From NCBI GenBank assembly GCA_000004985.1, contig GG738851.1: a stretch of 64,000 nt of DNA; one strand, 5' to 3'. The notes under the pieces are model-generated. The model searched no databases. It worked only from the letters and a program-made list of their open reading frames with translations, and was not told the DNA's origin. Both the position numbers and the translations under genes were made by a program. Shown here in pieces: positions 1 to 11,239 of the stretch. The first letter of the stretch is position 1; each line of letters opens with the position of its first letter. This DNA comes from Naegleria gruberi. Taxonomy: Eukaryota.

Positions 1-241
1 AGAATGCATAGGAAAAGGGTTTCTTGGTTCTCAAATTATTGACTGCCTTTTTAAAAACGTCCTTTCTTTGTTTGAGAGCTTGGAGAATGTTACATCTCTG
101 CTTCTCAACCACCAATTTGTACGCAAGTTTGACATCAGTGAGGTTATTTTCTGTCATTCATAAACTCCTTTGTACGAGAAGAATTCTTCCCCCACTTGGA
201 TTTTTGGAGTGCTTTGCGAACTCTCTCTATACTCTGAGTTA

Positions 242-1141
242 TCAGTAATGAGTGGAGAAGCTTTTGCAGGCCTGGAAAATTGTTGACAGAGAATCCGGAT
301 CCGTTAAGGAATCTTGGAATGAGCCCAACTCAAAATTGGAGATCTTAGCATTATTCGAATCAAGGGCATCATTATAACCTTTCAAGTTAAACTTAACATT
401 ATCAAATTTAGATTGAAAACAAGGAAGAGGAGCGCAATTAAATAAAGGCAACTCGACACACAACATCTTATGTTGCAGGAACATTTCAACATCCCAAAGT
501 CGGCTAGGAGCATGGAATGAGGAAATGATATGATCAGGTCTAGTAAGGTACGGACGGTCCGATCCTCTACTAAGCTTGAATGAGGGACGAGTAGGAGTGG
601 GCGTGAGATCTGATAGATTATACAGCTCCAGCCAGTCTTTGAGAATTTTGGCCTTTTTCTTAATCTTACCATACAGTGTGTTGATATTGAGGTCACCTAG
701 GATTACAATATGCTCGTTATGAAACATGCACTCATCTATCAACTCACTTAATCGGTTCAGTAACTTATTAAATGGACCACCAGTTTTATGATATCCATAC
801 CAATTAATCACATTGACTAATCCGTGATCACACTCAAGGACTGACAAACGACCTTGAATTATTTCCTCAAAAGAAATAATCTTTCTTTGAAGAGTTCCTT
901 TAACTATTGTGATAATACCAGCAGATTTGTCTTTGGGATCAGCATGGGAAGCATAAACTTTGCATGGAGAAAAAAACTTTGCGCATTTAGTGATGTTATC
1001 CTTAATCTCATCAGGTTTCCAATGAGATTCTTGGATGCAGGCAATATCAAGTCTCTCTTGCTTGATAAGGCCAAGGAGAATGGCTTGCTTGTCTATGGAG
1101 AATGAGGAGAGATTACAAGAAGCCATTTGAGTTCCTCTCAC
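242..1141 (-). mobile_element. Non-LTR retrotransposon ORF2, N-terminal APE-type (EEP) endonuclease domain. The ORF ends at the TGA at 242-244 and no intact RT follows in the last 240 bp of the window, so the element may be frameshifted or decayed distally.
   Basis: The translation has the EEP/APE endonuclease layout near the N-terminus: ...LLGLIKQERLDIACIQESHW..., then GDLN, then SDH-type motifs (..HIVILGDLNINT.., ..PTRPSF..). This resembles the R1/TRAS/L1 EN domain (DIALIQEPW-like). The true ATG at 1124-1126 (MASCNLSS) lies 13 nt downstream of the ORF1 stop on the same strand, which is typical bicistronic LINE organisation. Confidence 0.75.
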
Positions 1142-2450
1142 TATTGGTCGTCGTCAGAAAGATCAGCCTTCTTCGAGCTGCCCTTATTGGCACTCGGAGA
1201 GGTATGATCCTTCTTTGAGACCTTTTTACGCTTCAAATCATCACCTGAGTTCGGCTTATTCAAAGTACACACTTCATCAATCCTGTTTTCAACTCCCTTA
1301 ATGAAAGAGAGGTGTTTTTTGAGTTCAAGACTGTGTCTATCAATAGTCGGACAAATAACTTCATCTATGCATTTTTGTTGAGATTGATTTGTCTTCTCTA
1401 CAGCATTATTAGAGCTGTCCAATTTTGAAATTTTAGATTGGAACTCTGTGTGTTCAGTTGAGTTAGTGGAAGACATTTTCAACAATTCATCCTTGAGTGA
1501 GTCAACACTCTTTGTGAGATCATCAAAGACCTTAAAGAGTTTTGTTGTTTTGTCACTCAAATCACTGAGTTGAGCTGGTTGGCTCTTTGAGAACACTGCT
1601 TCCTTATTTAAATTAGCAGTAATAGTATTAAGGTTCTCTAATTCAGTGGATAACTTTGCCACATTGGAGGTGAGATTAGCAACATCGGTTTTAAGTGAGG
1701 AATTTTCAAGAGATAGTTCATTAATTCTCTTTTCAAAATCCTTCTTGAGGTTGTTAAAGTCATCCTTTGAGACAAGGTTATCAAGTACCTTAGGATCGAT
1801 ACTACCACCAGAAGAAGTAGGGATCATTGTGGAACATTTTTGTTGGATCAGCTCCGTAACTTTGGTCAAAAGTGTCGGCTTACCTAATCTTGGATTAAAT
1901 GATAAGTTTTGAATAGTAACTGAGTTCACATAAAGTACTTTGGAGACAGAAGCATTTACAAGGTGGTCCTTTTTAATTTCTGCTTGTATTAAATTACCAA
2001 GGCCGTTGACTTGGATATGTTCTGAAGGAACTTTCCAAGTAGTTGAAATGCTTTGTTTCAATTCCTTCCAGTCAACAGTGGCATCTGGATGCCACTTAAG
2101 TCTAAATGTTGTCACGGAAGTGTCAATTTCTGAAAGAAAATCGGGTTTATTATCAACAACTGCATCCTTAGTAGATACAGCCCAGAACCGAGTAGAAGGA
2201 GTATAATTCATACCAACAATATCAGGAATATGTTCAAGCACCTTACTTAAAGATTCACACCCAAAATCAAGCTTAATTTGGTATTTCACTGAAGCATGCA
2301 CTCTTTGCAGAAACATGTATCCAACCTTATTAGGGATGGTAGACCATGCATTAACGGCTTCTAGAGCATAGTTGTGAGTTACAAAATAAGCAAATGCAAC
2401 ATCCTTGTGATCATTAGGGATTTGAATGCCATGTACTTGATTAGCAGCAA
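1141..2450 (-). mobile_element. Retroelement ORF1, 5'-incomplete at the assembly gap. It has an N-terminal globular region, a central coiled coil and a basic C-terminus.
   Basis: A long minus-strand ORF terminates at the TAG at 1141-1143, immediately upstream of ORF2. The translation contains a heptad-like coiled coil (LKKDFEKRINELSLENSSLKTDVANLTSNVAKLSTELENLNTITANL) and a K/R-rich tail. The track extends it as (GL)n only because the frame runs into the (CCCAAA)n array; that portion is not real coding sequence. Confidence 0.5.
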
Positions 2451-2490
2451 NNNNNNNNNNNNNNNNNNNNNNNNNNNNNNNNNNNNNNNN
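2451..2490. other. Assembly gap (40 N) between the retroelement 5' end and the telomeric-type repeat
   Basis: A run of n characters. Confidence 0.95.
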
Positions 2491-2926
2491 NNNNNNNNNN
2501 CCCAAACCCAAACCCAAACCCAAACCCAAACCCAAACCCAAACCCAAACCCAAACCCAAACCCAAACCCAAACCCAAACCCAAACCCAAACCCAAACCCA
2601 AACCCAAACCCAAACCCAAACCCAAACCCAAACCCAAACCCAAACCCAAACCCAAACCCAAACCCAAACCCAAACCCAAACCCAAACCCAAACCCAAACC
2701 CAAACCCAAACCCAAACCCAAACCCAAACCCAAACCCAAACCCAAACCCAAACCCAAACCCAAACCCAAACCCAAACCCAAACCCAACCCAAACCCAAAC
2801 CCAAACCCAAACCCAAACCCAAACCCAAACCCAAACCCAAACCCAAACCCAAACCCAAACCCAAACCCAAACCCAAACCCAAACCCAAACCCAAACCCAA
2901 ACCCAAACCCAAACCCAACCCAACAA
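2491..2926. repeat. Telomere-type hexamer array (CCCAAA)n on the + strand, i.e. (TTTGGG)n on the - strand. About 70 units are nearly perfect, with one 5-nt CCCAA unit near 2786 and decay at the right end (CCCAACCCAAC).
   Basis: Read directly from the sequence. The C-rich strand runs 5'->3' on + here, as expected for a left chromosome end. Confidence 0.9.
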
Positions 2927-3124
2927 CTGACAAGAATAAGTGCTTCCGCTCCTACAAAGAATATTCAATATTACCCACTTTATATTTAATAAATTATACA
3001 ATATCTTGATAATTATAAGAACAATATATGATTTTTATTGTCGGAATCATCACTAAATCATGCTACCCATCCAGAAATATCAAAGGGTACATTTCAATAT
3101 CACTCTATTGTATGAAAGTGTATA

Positions 3125-3618
3125 AAACTCACCCAAACCCCACCAACCCAAACCCTTGTAAAAATTCCTTAATAATTTTGAAATATTCAAAGTTCAGTAA
3201 GATTGCAAACAATTTACTTTGTTGAATAGTGTATTACAGCCTCATCACATTGCTCGATCAGGAACTTTTTTGAAAAGAAGCAACGGGTTTGAGCCACTCC
3301 AAGCTCATTTGAAATAGTTTCAAGTCGTTTTTACATCGGGTTGGATGACAACCACTGTTTTAAAGATTACAGTTGTGAAAAATCGACTAATCTCAGTCAT
3401 TATTAAGATTTTGAGTATACTCCATTGGAATGTTACCATCTACATACAGTTTAGAACATTTTCCAACCACTTGTAAAACTTCCTTAATTATTGTGAAGTA
3501 AGAAAAGTTCAAAGAATGCAAAAATTTTAATTTGTTGTATAGTATAATACAGTCTCATTCAAAAGGTTGGATAAGTCTCTTTTTTGAAAAGAAGCAACGG
3601 GTTTGAGCAACTCCAAGC
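3125..3618. repeat. Telomere-associated tandem repeat of ~315 bp. Two copies are visible before the gap, preceded by a degenerate telomere-like motif (CACCCAAACCCCACCAACCCAAACCC at 3125-3162).
   Basis: Several blocks recur with a ~315 bp offset. The block 3150-3240 (..cccttgtaaaaattccttaataattttgaaatattcaaagttcagtaagattgcaaacaatttactttgttgaatagtgtattacag) recurs at 3464-3553. The block 3236-3310 (..tttttgaaaagaagcaacgggtttgagccactccaagc) recurs at 3551-3618. Confidence 0.8.
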
Positions 3619-5360
3619 NNNNNNNNNNNNNNNNNNNNNNNNNNNNNNNNNNNNNNNNNNNNNNNNNNNNNNNNNNNNNNNNNNNNNNNNNNNNNNNNNN
3701 NNNNNNNNNNNNNNNNNNNNNNNNNNNNNNNNNNNNNNNNNNNNNNNNNNNNNNNNNNNNNNNNNNNNNNNNNNNNNNNNNNNNNNNNNNNNNNNNNNNN
3801 NNNNNNNNNNNNNNNNNNNNNNNNNNNNNNNNNNNNNNNNNNNNNNNNNNNNNNNNNNNNNNNNNNNNNNNNNNNNNNNNNNNNNNNNNNNNNNNNNNNN
3901 NNNNNNNNNNNNNNNNNNNNNNNNNNNNNNNNNNNNNNNNNNNNNNNNNNNNNNNNNNNNNNNNNNNNNNNNNNNNNNNNNNNNNNNNNNNNNNNNNNNN
4001 NNNNNNNNNNNNNNNNNNNNNNNNNNNNNNNNNNNNNNNNNNNNNNNNNNNNNNNNNNNNNNNNNNNNNNNNNNNNNNNNNNNNNNNNNNNNNNNNNNNN
4101 NNNNNNNNNNNNNNNNNNNNNNNNNNNNNNNNNNNNNNNNNNNNNNNNNNNNNNNNNNNNNNNNNNNNNNNNNNNNNNNNNNNNNNNNNNNNNNNNNNNN
4201 NNNNNNNNNNNNNNNNNNNNNNNNNNNNNNNNNNNNNNNNNNNNNNNNNNNNNNNNNNNNNNNNNNNNNNNNNNNNNNNNNNNNNNNNNNNNNNNNNNNN
4301 NNNNNNNNNNNNNNNNNNNNNNNNNNNNNNNNNNNNNNNNNNNNNNNNNNNNNNNNNNNNNNNNNNNNNNNNNNNNNNNNNNNNNNNNNNNNNNNNNNNN
4401 NNNNNNNNNNNNNNNNNNNNNNNNNNNNNNNNNNNNNNNNNNNNNNNNNNNNNNNNNNNNNNNNNNNNNNNNNNNNNNNNNNNNNNNNNNNNNNNNNNNN
4501 NNNNNNNNNNNNNNNNNNNNNNNNNNNNNNNNNNNNNNNNNNNNNNNNNNNNNNNNNNNNNNNNNNNNNNNNNNNNNNNNNNNNNNNNNNNNNNNNNNNN
4601 NNNNNNNNNNNNNNNNNNNNNNNNNNNNNNNNNNNNNNNNNNNNNNNNNNNNNNNNNNNNNNNNNNNNNNNNNNNNNNNNNNNNNNNNNNNNNNNNNNNN
4701 NNNNNNNNNNNNNNNNNNNNNNNNNNNNNNNNNNNNNNNNNNNNNNNNNNNNNNNNNNNNNNNNNNNNNNNNNNNNNNNNNNNNNNNNNNNNNNNNNNNN
4801 NNNNNNNNNNNNNNNNNNNNNNNNNNNNNNNNNNNNNNNNNNNNNNNNNNNNNNNNNNNNNNNNNNNNNNNNNNNNNNNNNNNNNNNNNNNNNNNNNNNN
4901 NNNNNNNNNNNNNNNNNNNNNNNNNNNNNNNNNNNNNNNNNNNNNNNNNNNNNNNNNNNNNNNNNNNNNNNNNNNNNNNNNNNNNNNNNNNNNNNNNNNN
5001 NNNNNNNNNNNNNNNNNNNNNNNNNNNNNNNNNNNNNNNNNNNNNNNNNNNNNNNNNNNNNNNNNNNNNNNNNNNNNNNNNNNNNNNNNNNNNNNNNNNN
5101 NNNNNNNNNNNNNNNNNNNNNNNNNNNNNNNNNNNNNNNNNNNNNNNNNNNNNNNNNNNNNNNNNNNNNNNNNNNNNNNNNNNNNNNNNNNNNNNNNNNN
5201 NNNNNNNNNNNNNNNNNNNNNNNNNNNNNNNNNNNNNNNNNNNNNNNNNNNNNNNNNNNNNNNNNNNNNNNNNNNNNNNNNNNNNNNNNNNNNNNNNNNN
5301 NNNNNNNNNNNNNNNNNNNNNNNNNNNNNNNNNNNNNNNNNNNNNNNNNNNNNNNNNNNN
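3619..5360. other. Assembly gap (1742 N). True size and content are unknown.
   Basis: A run of n characters. The same repeat family is seen on both sides of the gap, so it probably holds more repeat copies. Confidence 0.95.
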
Positions 5361-5402
5361 TTTTAATATTGGCCATTAATAAAATGGTAATGGGTTTTCG
5401 CC

Positions 5403-5421
5403 ATACCCAAACCCAAACCCA
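5403..5421. repeat. Short (CCCAAA)3 remnant after the gap
   Basis: cccaaacccaaacccaaacccc is read directly from the sequence. Confidence 0.8.
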
Positions 5422-5439
5422 AACCCCGAGGTAAACTAT

Positions 5440-6480
5440 AACTTTTGAGTTTATCATCAAAACATATTGAATCCTGACATGAAAATGTTCCATTTGATGA
5501 GTATACATCGAATATCAAATTTATTTTAACTTTCATATTTACAGATTTCTTCCCTCAACCATCAAGGTCAACTAGGGATGAAAAGGAGGAAATCTGGAAA
5601 AAGGACCACCTATTGAAACTTTACCAAAATGATTTATATGATCTATAGTGATATAGATTTCAATTTCATATCATAAGAATTAGAAATGGTACCATGGGAA
5701 AGTAAATGTTGATTTTCCAAAGTTGACTGAAAGGAAAGACAAGTCAGACCAAGTCTATCAAATATATCACTTCAATCAACAAATTATATATGAAAATGCT
5801 CCATTAGATGTGTAGAGATTGAATATCAAGTTTATTTTAACTTTCATATTCAAGATTTCATCCCTTTCATACCATCTAGTCAACTGAGTAACACGGATGA
5901 AAATCTGGAAAATGACCTCTCTATGAAACACTTCCATCATGTTTAACAACTCAAATAATGTTGTAGAATTCAATTTTAGAGTTTTAAAATGTAATTTGAC
6001 AATATAGTAAGGTAAAGGTTGATTTTTTAATGTTGACTTTAAGGATGGAAAGGTGAAAATCATGATATCAAAAACATCACTCCAGTCAATAAAACACATA
6101 TGTAAATGTTGCAAATGATGAGTAGACACCGAATTTATCATTTATTCTAACTGGAAATATATCTAATATATACTTGGAAGTCAACTCTCGCTATAATGTA
6201 CAAGCTGTTCGGCCAAGTTACCTCTCTCAAATTAAATCATATAATCATGCTATAAATCTCTAATAATGTATATACTTCAGTTTTCAGACGTTATAGTGAA
6301 CATTCCATCATATAGTAAGGTAAGGAGTGATTTATCAACGTGGACTTTGAAGGATAGGGTTATATTCAATAAGAGAACTACATCCTCAATCAGAAAAATA
6401 CATATCAATCGATTGTAAATCGATAGTACATCTCGAAAATATCATTTATTTTATGATTTGAAATCTCTCCTTGACTTCTT
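5440..6480. repeat. Degenerate subtelomeric satellite with a ~300-310 bp period, at least three diverged copies
   Basis: Blocks recur with a 300-310 bp offset at roughly 70-80% identity. The block 5505-5610 (tcaaatttattttaactttcatatttacagatttcttccctc...gaaaaggaggaaatctggaaaaaggaccacctattgaaac) recurs at 5815-5925. The block 5700-5815 (aaatgttgattttccaaagttgactgaaaggaaag...atgctccattagatgtgtagagattgaatatcaag) recurs at 6010-6140, and again at 6320-6450. Confidence 0.7.
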
Positions 6481-6529
6481 TTAGTCAATTAAGACAATTA
6501 AGGATGTAACAATAGAAAAAGTTGACAAT

Positions 6530-7660
6530 CTCAAAATAAACTTTATTATCATGTAGTACATCTCAAATAAAGTGGACTTTATTCAAATTATATACTTTTA
6601 TTTCAAGAAATGCATCCAGTAGATAGTACTTGGTGATCTGTCAAAGTGGCTAGAAATCTGAAAGGTCCAGAAGCAAGTCTGTTTTCAAAGAAATTGATAT
6701 AATGACATATAATCACTCTAATTAGTCATGTGGTATCAATTTACTGAATACCTTAATGTCGACTCAACTTTTAACAAGATGGCACTCCATCTCATCCAAT
6801 TCAATATATGTATTACAAATATCATATATGAATAGAATCCTGAATCGAATACTCTTGATGCGTAGAACAATCTGAGAAAGTATCATACTCATGACTCAAT
6901 TCCTCTTGATCATTGTTGTACTTTTCATTCATGCGTAGATAAAAAATAACGTACATTCAAAAATACTCTCAAAAATTCTACGCATCAATATGAATGACAA
7001 CCAAATTGATTGAATGTAAGTCCGTCCGCAAAGTGACGCAAAGTAACGGAATATCGAAATCGTTACTACTTTCGAATAGCTTGAAAACAACACATTTACA
7101 CCACAACTCGATAACTAGATAAGAACTATATACTTTTTTTAAAACTTTACTAAAAAAACCAACAAAATACCCAAACGGCGCTTAATAACCCTATATCAGA
7201 TCATAAAGACCATGGAGCCACAGAAGAAACAAATCAAAACAACACGTTTCCAAACCCTTCAACCCAACCATCATAACTTGATATATATAAATATTTAACA
7301 ATTTCACATCAGCCGTATATTGTGCCCCATTACCATCACCATCTTTTGACATCATTTGTGATATATATTGTTAATGTATTTAAGGAGAAAAGCTTAATAA
7401 ATAGGGGTTGACATGGGATCCAAACCCTAAGGAAATATAAGGAAAGTTACCACTCTCAAAATAAATGATAATATCGTGTTCTACATCTCAAATAAGGTGG
7501 ACTTTCATCAAATTATATGTTTTCATTTCAAGAAATGTATCCAGTAGATAGTACATGGTGATTTGTCAGGGTGGATTGATGGAAATCTGAAGGGTCCAGA
7601 AACAACTCCATTTTCACTGAAATTGATATCATGATATGTAGACACTCTAATTAGCATATA
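6530..7660. repeat. Pair of ~190-bp related segments spaced ~920 bp apart (6530-6720 and 7450-7660). A further related pair sits at 6850-6900 and 8128-8180.
   Basis: The sequence ..aaataaagtggactttattcaaattatatacttttatttcaagaaatgcatccagtagatagtacttggtgatctgtcaaagtggctagaaatctgaaaggtccagaagcaagtctgttttcaaagaaattgatataatgacatataatcactctaattag has a close copy at 7490-7655. Confidence 0.7.
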
Positions 7661-9468
7661 ATATCAATTTCATGAATATTGGCTCAGTAGATATTGAGTT
7701 GTCAACTCTATCACTATACTATAAAACTTTGACATAAATTCAAAGATTATGCTCTAAATCACTTATTTTATATGAAACTAGTCTAGAATTGATAACACAA
7801 ATTCTGTACACCATTTATATACATCTATACAAGTTTAGAAACAATTCATGATACTTTCATTCAGTCAATCAGTAAATGTTCAATGTCAATAGTGATTATA
7901 TCCAATTGTACACACTGTCTCAATGAAAGTATATCCAAACATCATGTAACTTTACCAGATACATTTAGTCACACTGATATACATCTGGTATCAATTTTAG
8001 TCTGTTAGAATTGAATTCAATATGATAATAATAACAATCTGTCAAATTGTCACATTTCAACATATAGAATGAATACCATCTCAGTCAATTTACAAAATAT
8101 CATACTAGTATCAAAAATGAATACACTTCCCTTGATGAGGAGAACAATCTGAGAAAGTTTTATATTCATGGCTCAATATCTTCAAGTCAACTAAGGAACA
8201 TCTAAGGTAATCAAAAGGGAAGAATCTTAATTCCAAAATTAAATTTTACCATCATGTCAAAATCATTGAATAATGCATTAATTATACAAGAATAATATAT
8301 TCAATTGTTATATTCATGTCAGTAATCAGTGATGGTGACACTTCTTTAACCTTAGTATGCACATCTCAATATGTAGACAGTCAATTCCACTGAAACTTGA
8401 AATATTACCTGTCTAGATGATATAATGATGATTCTCCATAGTAACATGCATGTGAAATTGAATGTTGACTCTTTTCATCTGGTTATATTTATAGAGATGG
8501 TATCCAACAGAGTCAGTTCATAATATTAAATATTGAAACTCATTCTGTATGACATATTTGATGTATAGAATTGTTTTTATATTGATGGAAATCAGTTTGA
8601 AATAATACGATGAAATTGACACGGTCTAGTCGCCATTACATGACAAATAGACCATAGTTTACATTCCATCTCAGTCATTTCAGCGATTTATTGGTTAATT
8701 CCACCACCATTATATTTCTCATACATTTTAGTACAGTTTATATTTGAAGAGTGATTTCTGTGTAGATTATTATAATCGTAATACCTTGCAATACCAATAA
8801 AACTCAATAGAAGTGTTAATTCTTCTCATTTTCAAATAGATTATTCAATATAGAACACATCTAGATAGTTTCCAGATCATAAAAGTCAAGCTACTATATA
8901 TGGTCTTTGATTAAATTTAAAAATAGACTGCCGTTAATTACTGGAATCTTGATTCAAAGCTTGATGAGCAAGCTATTGATTGAAATCAAACCGATTATTG
9001 AATATTGATTATTGAATAAGTGAATAATCACTCTTGATAATGTTACTTATTCATATTGCATGCAAATCAACCTGATTCAATCTACAAAGGTTGGTAGTTG
9101 CACCACTTCGTGGCGAAACTACCATTCCACGATGAATCAACAAAGAATCACTTACATTCAACTCAATTTGACCGTTATAATCAATAAATCAATGAAATGT
9201 TCCTTTATTAGCAATACCTATTCAATCTAATGAGTAGATTCACGTCCCAAACATTTGGCTTCTCAAAGTCCATATTTCAAAAGTTGATACTGACCTGACC
9301 TTTATATATCTATCAATATAAGAAATGAAACCATCAAATTTACATCATTAATAGATGATAAGAAATATAATCAATGATATGAATCTTCACTAAGTAATCT
9401 CTTAAATAACCCAAATAAATCAACTCTGAATCCTAACCAAACCCACAAGAATAACAGAATATTGCTTC

Positions 9469-9996
9469 ATGGATTTGGAAACTGGTGAATATGTTAGCAG
9501 CTTGGTTAAACCAAGTTGTCCAATTACAATGAATGCACGTCAATTAACTGGTATTACATCTGAATTATTCTCTGATTGTTTAGAATTCAATCAGCATATC
9601 CAAAGAATTAAGGAATTTATTGGAAATGATGATGTGTTGTTAATTGCTCATAATGGAAAGAAATTTGATGAAAGAGTATTGAAATATCATTTTACAGATA
9701 ATCTGAGTCAGTTTGAAAATTGTACTTTAGTAGATAGTTTGCAAATGATTACGAAATTCAATGATGATTTACCAACTGTAACGAGATTTTCAAAAAAACA
9801 ACAAAAATTGGTTGAGAAGAAAGATAAAAAGTTAGTATCAATTTACAAACACATATTTGGGAGTGAAATTGAAGATGCACACTTCGCTTTGTCTGATGTG
9901 AAAGCATTAGCATTAATATCTGTGGTCAGGTTCTCGGCGCATTTTTGTGATGCTCCCAAAAAACATGGAATGCTCCCAAAGCTGATTTACTTGTAG
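9469..9996 (+). CDS. DEDDh-family 3'-5' exonuclease (DnaQ/TREX-like fold). The coding sequence may start slightly upstream, since the in-frame stretch YCFMDLETG precedes the ATG.
   Basis: Exo I-like D-x-E is in MDLETG. Exo II-like is LIAHNGKKFD. Exo III-like H-x4-D is in EDAHFALSDV. Confidence 0.6.
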   Translation: MDLETGEYVSSLVKPSCPITMNARQLTGITSELFSDCLEFNQHIQRIKEFIGNDDVLLIAHNGKKFDERVLKYHFTDNLSQFENCTLVDSLQMITKFNDDLPTVTRFSKKQQKLVEKKDKKLVSIYKHIFGSEIEDAHFALSDVKALALISVVRFSAHFCDAPKKHGMLPKLIYL

Positions 9997-11239
9997 GGGT
10001 AATTGGATGCGCTAATAACACCGATTTATTACTTAAGCAAATTCACTCAACTTCAACAAAGCATATCTCTATAACAACACTGGATGTTAGAGAAACATAC
10101 CGTATGGTCATTATTAATTATGTTAACAATCATAATATCAAGTTTGTTACGGATTTGGCTCTTTACTTATCGAGAAAAGTGATTTCAAAATTTTCATATG
10201 TGGTAGTAAGACGAGCATGTTTTCTTGGTTAATACAAATAACTGATATTCAATAAAACAGAATCTTGTAGAAAACATCAATTAGAACAAGAATAATAAAT
10301 AATATTTTTATTTCACTAAGTATTAAATTTAATATTTCCTTTTTTGTAAGGAGCATTGCAAAAATACGGGAAAAACATTTCCACAGATATTGAGAAGATA
10401 AATGTGGCTGTCTTACCAATAAATGTAGCTGTACAAAGAATAATAGTAGTTGTTCAGAACTTTGTGTAAATTGTAAAGGAAGATGCATTCGTATTAAACT
10501 TTGAGTAGACTGACTTGTAATTTTTTTAAAAAATTTGGGGCCTGAAGGAGACTTGTAAAAAAATCGCTGGAGTCGGCCACCCGTGTTAAATTTGGGTTAT
10601 CGATTGAGAAATGGTAGCTATTTTGATTTGGTTGAATGGCTTCAAGCTATTGAAAATTGCTGACTTGAATTGTATTGCCATTAAATTGGTACCATGGCAC
10701 TGTCCTAAATATCTGTTAAATTAATGGAGATAGAAGGTATTTCATCAGCTCATATCAAAATAGCTGGGGTTGTGCAAGCTTGAACAAGTTCATGGAATTC
10801 TCCTCTACAATGACATATTAATCTTGTTTTGATTTGAACCACCAAATATGGAAGAACTATATAAGAATTCAGTCGAATTTATTCTACAAAACTCTAAACC
10901 ACAAACAAGCAGTGAAGAACAAAGTAAAACAAACACAAGTGATGATCTTCGTGGAAGAAGGTGGTTGATGCTGTTGATGCTGCAGAGAAATCTGTGGGAC
11001 TGCAACATGAACCACACCAACTTTGGTTGTATATGTTAGAAGACATATACAACCAAAGTTTTTGTATAGTGTAATAATGGGAGGATAAATTTTGGTAAGT
11101 TATGATAAGGCTAGGTAAATCGTTGTGTCTAAAGATCCTTCTCAATTTCATCTTTCAACCTCTTTTTATGAAAATATTTTCATCCAAATAAACTTTATTG
11201 TAAAGCCAGTATGGATAGGGTAGAGATGAAGAAATACTC

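Noticed and set aside
242-1141. Possibility that the EEP-domain ORF is a cellular AP endonuclease rather than a transposon ORF2
   Set aside because: It is immediately preceded, on the same strand with a 13-nt spacer, by a coiled-coil ORF1-like gene. It carries the LINE-type IACIQE..W N-terminal motif. It sits beside telomeric repeats. Cellular APE1/exoIII genes do not have this arrangement.
1141-2787. The (GL)n-rich N-terminus of the retroelement ORF1 as called by the track
   Set aside because: The frame merely reads through the gap into telomeric hexamers. Real ORF1 coding sequence is supported only up to ~2450.
2491-2926. Idea that the organism is Paramecium or a related ciliate because of the TTTGGG repeats
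   Set aside because: Paramecium genes read under the standard code would be full of in-frame TAA/TAG and have ~25-bp introns. Here ORFs of up to 1070 codons are open in the standard code and introns are 39-128 bp.
2374-5508. Six long ORFs in the track (2374-3009 +, 2379-2933 -, 2441-3001 -, 3559-5508 -, 3584-5434 +, 3603-5366 +) with (GL)n, (WV)n, (QT)n, (PK)n or poly-X translations
   Set aside because: They are translations of the (CCCAAA)n array and of N-runs. The repeat has no stop codon in any frame, so these are not genes.
5776-6141. 121-aa ORF inside the subtelomeric satellite
   Set aside because: It spans more than one satellite unit, has no homology signal and shows AT-rich random-like codon usage. 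It is most likely noncoding.
10500-10800. Relatively GC-richer ORF-free island (GGGGCCTGAAGGAGACTTG..ATCGCTGGAGTCGGCCACCCGTG..) that superficially recalls the 5' end of U2 snRNA (ATCGCT..TCGGCC)
   Set aside because: The conserved U2 branch-point-binding GTGTAGTA and Sm site are absent. I could not fold it into any recognisable ncRNA. It was left unannotated.
10249-11151. Several 60-85 aa ORFs on both strands between the exonuclease and MetAP2 genes
   Set aside because: They are short, overlapping and without recognisable motifs. They are probably UTR or intergenic sequence.
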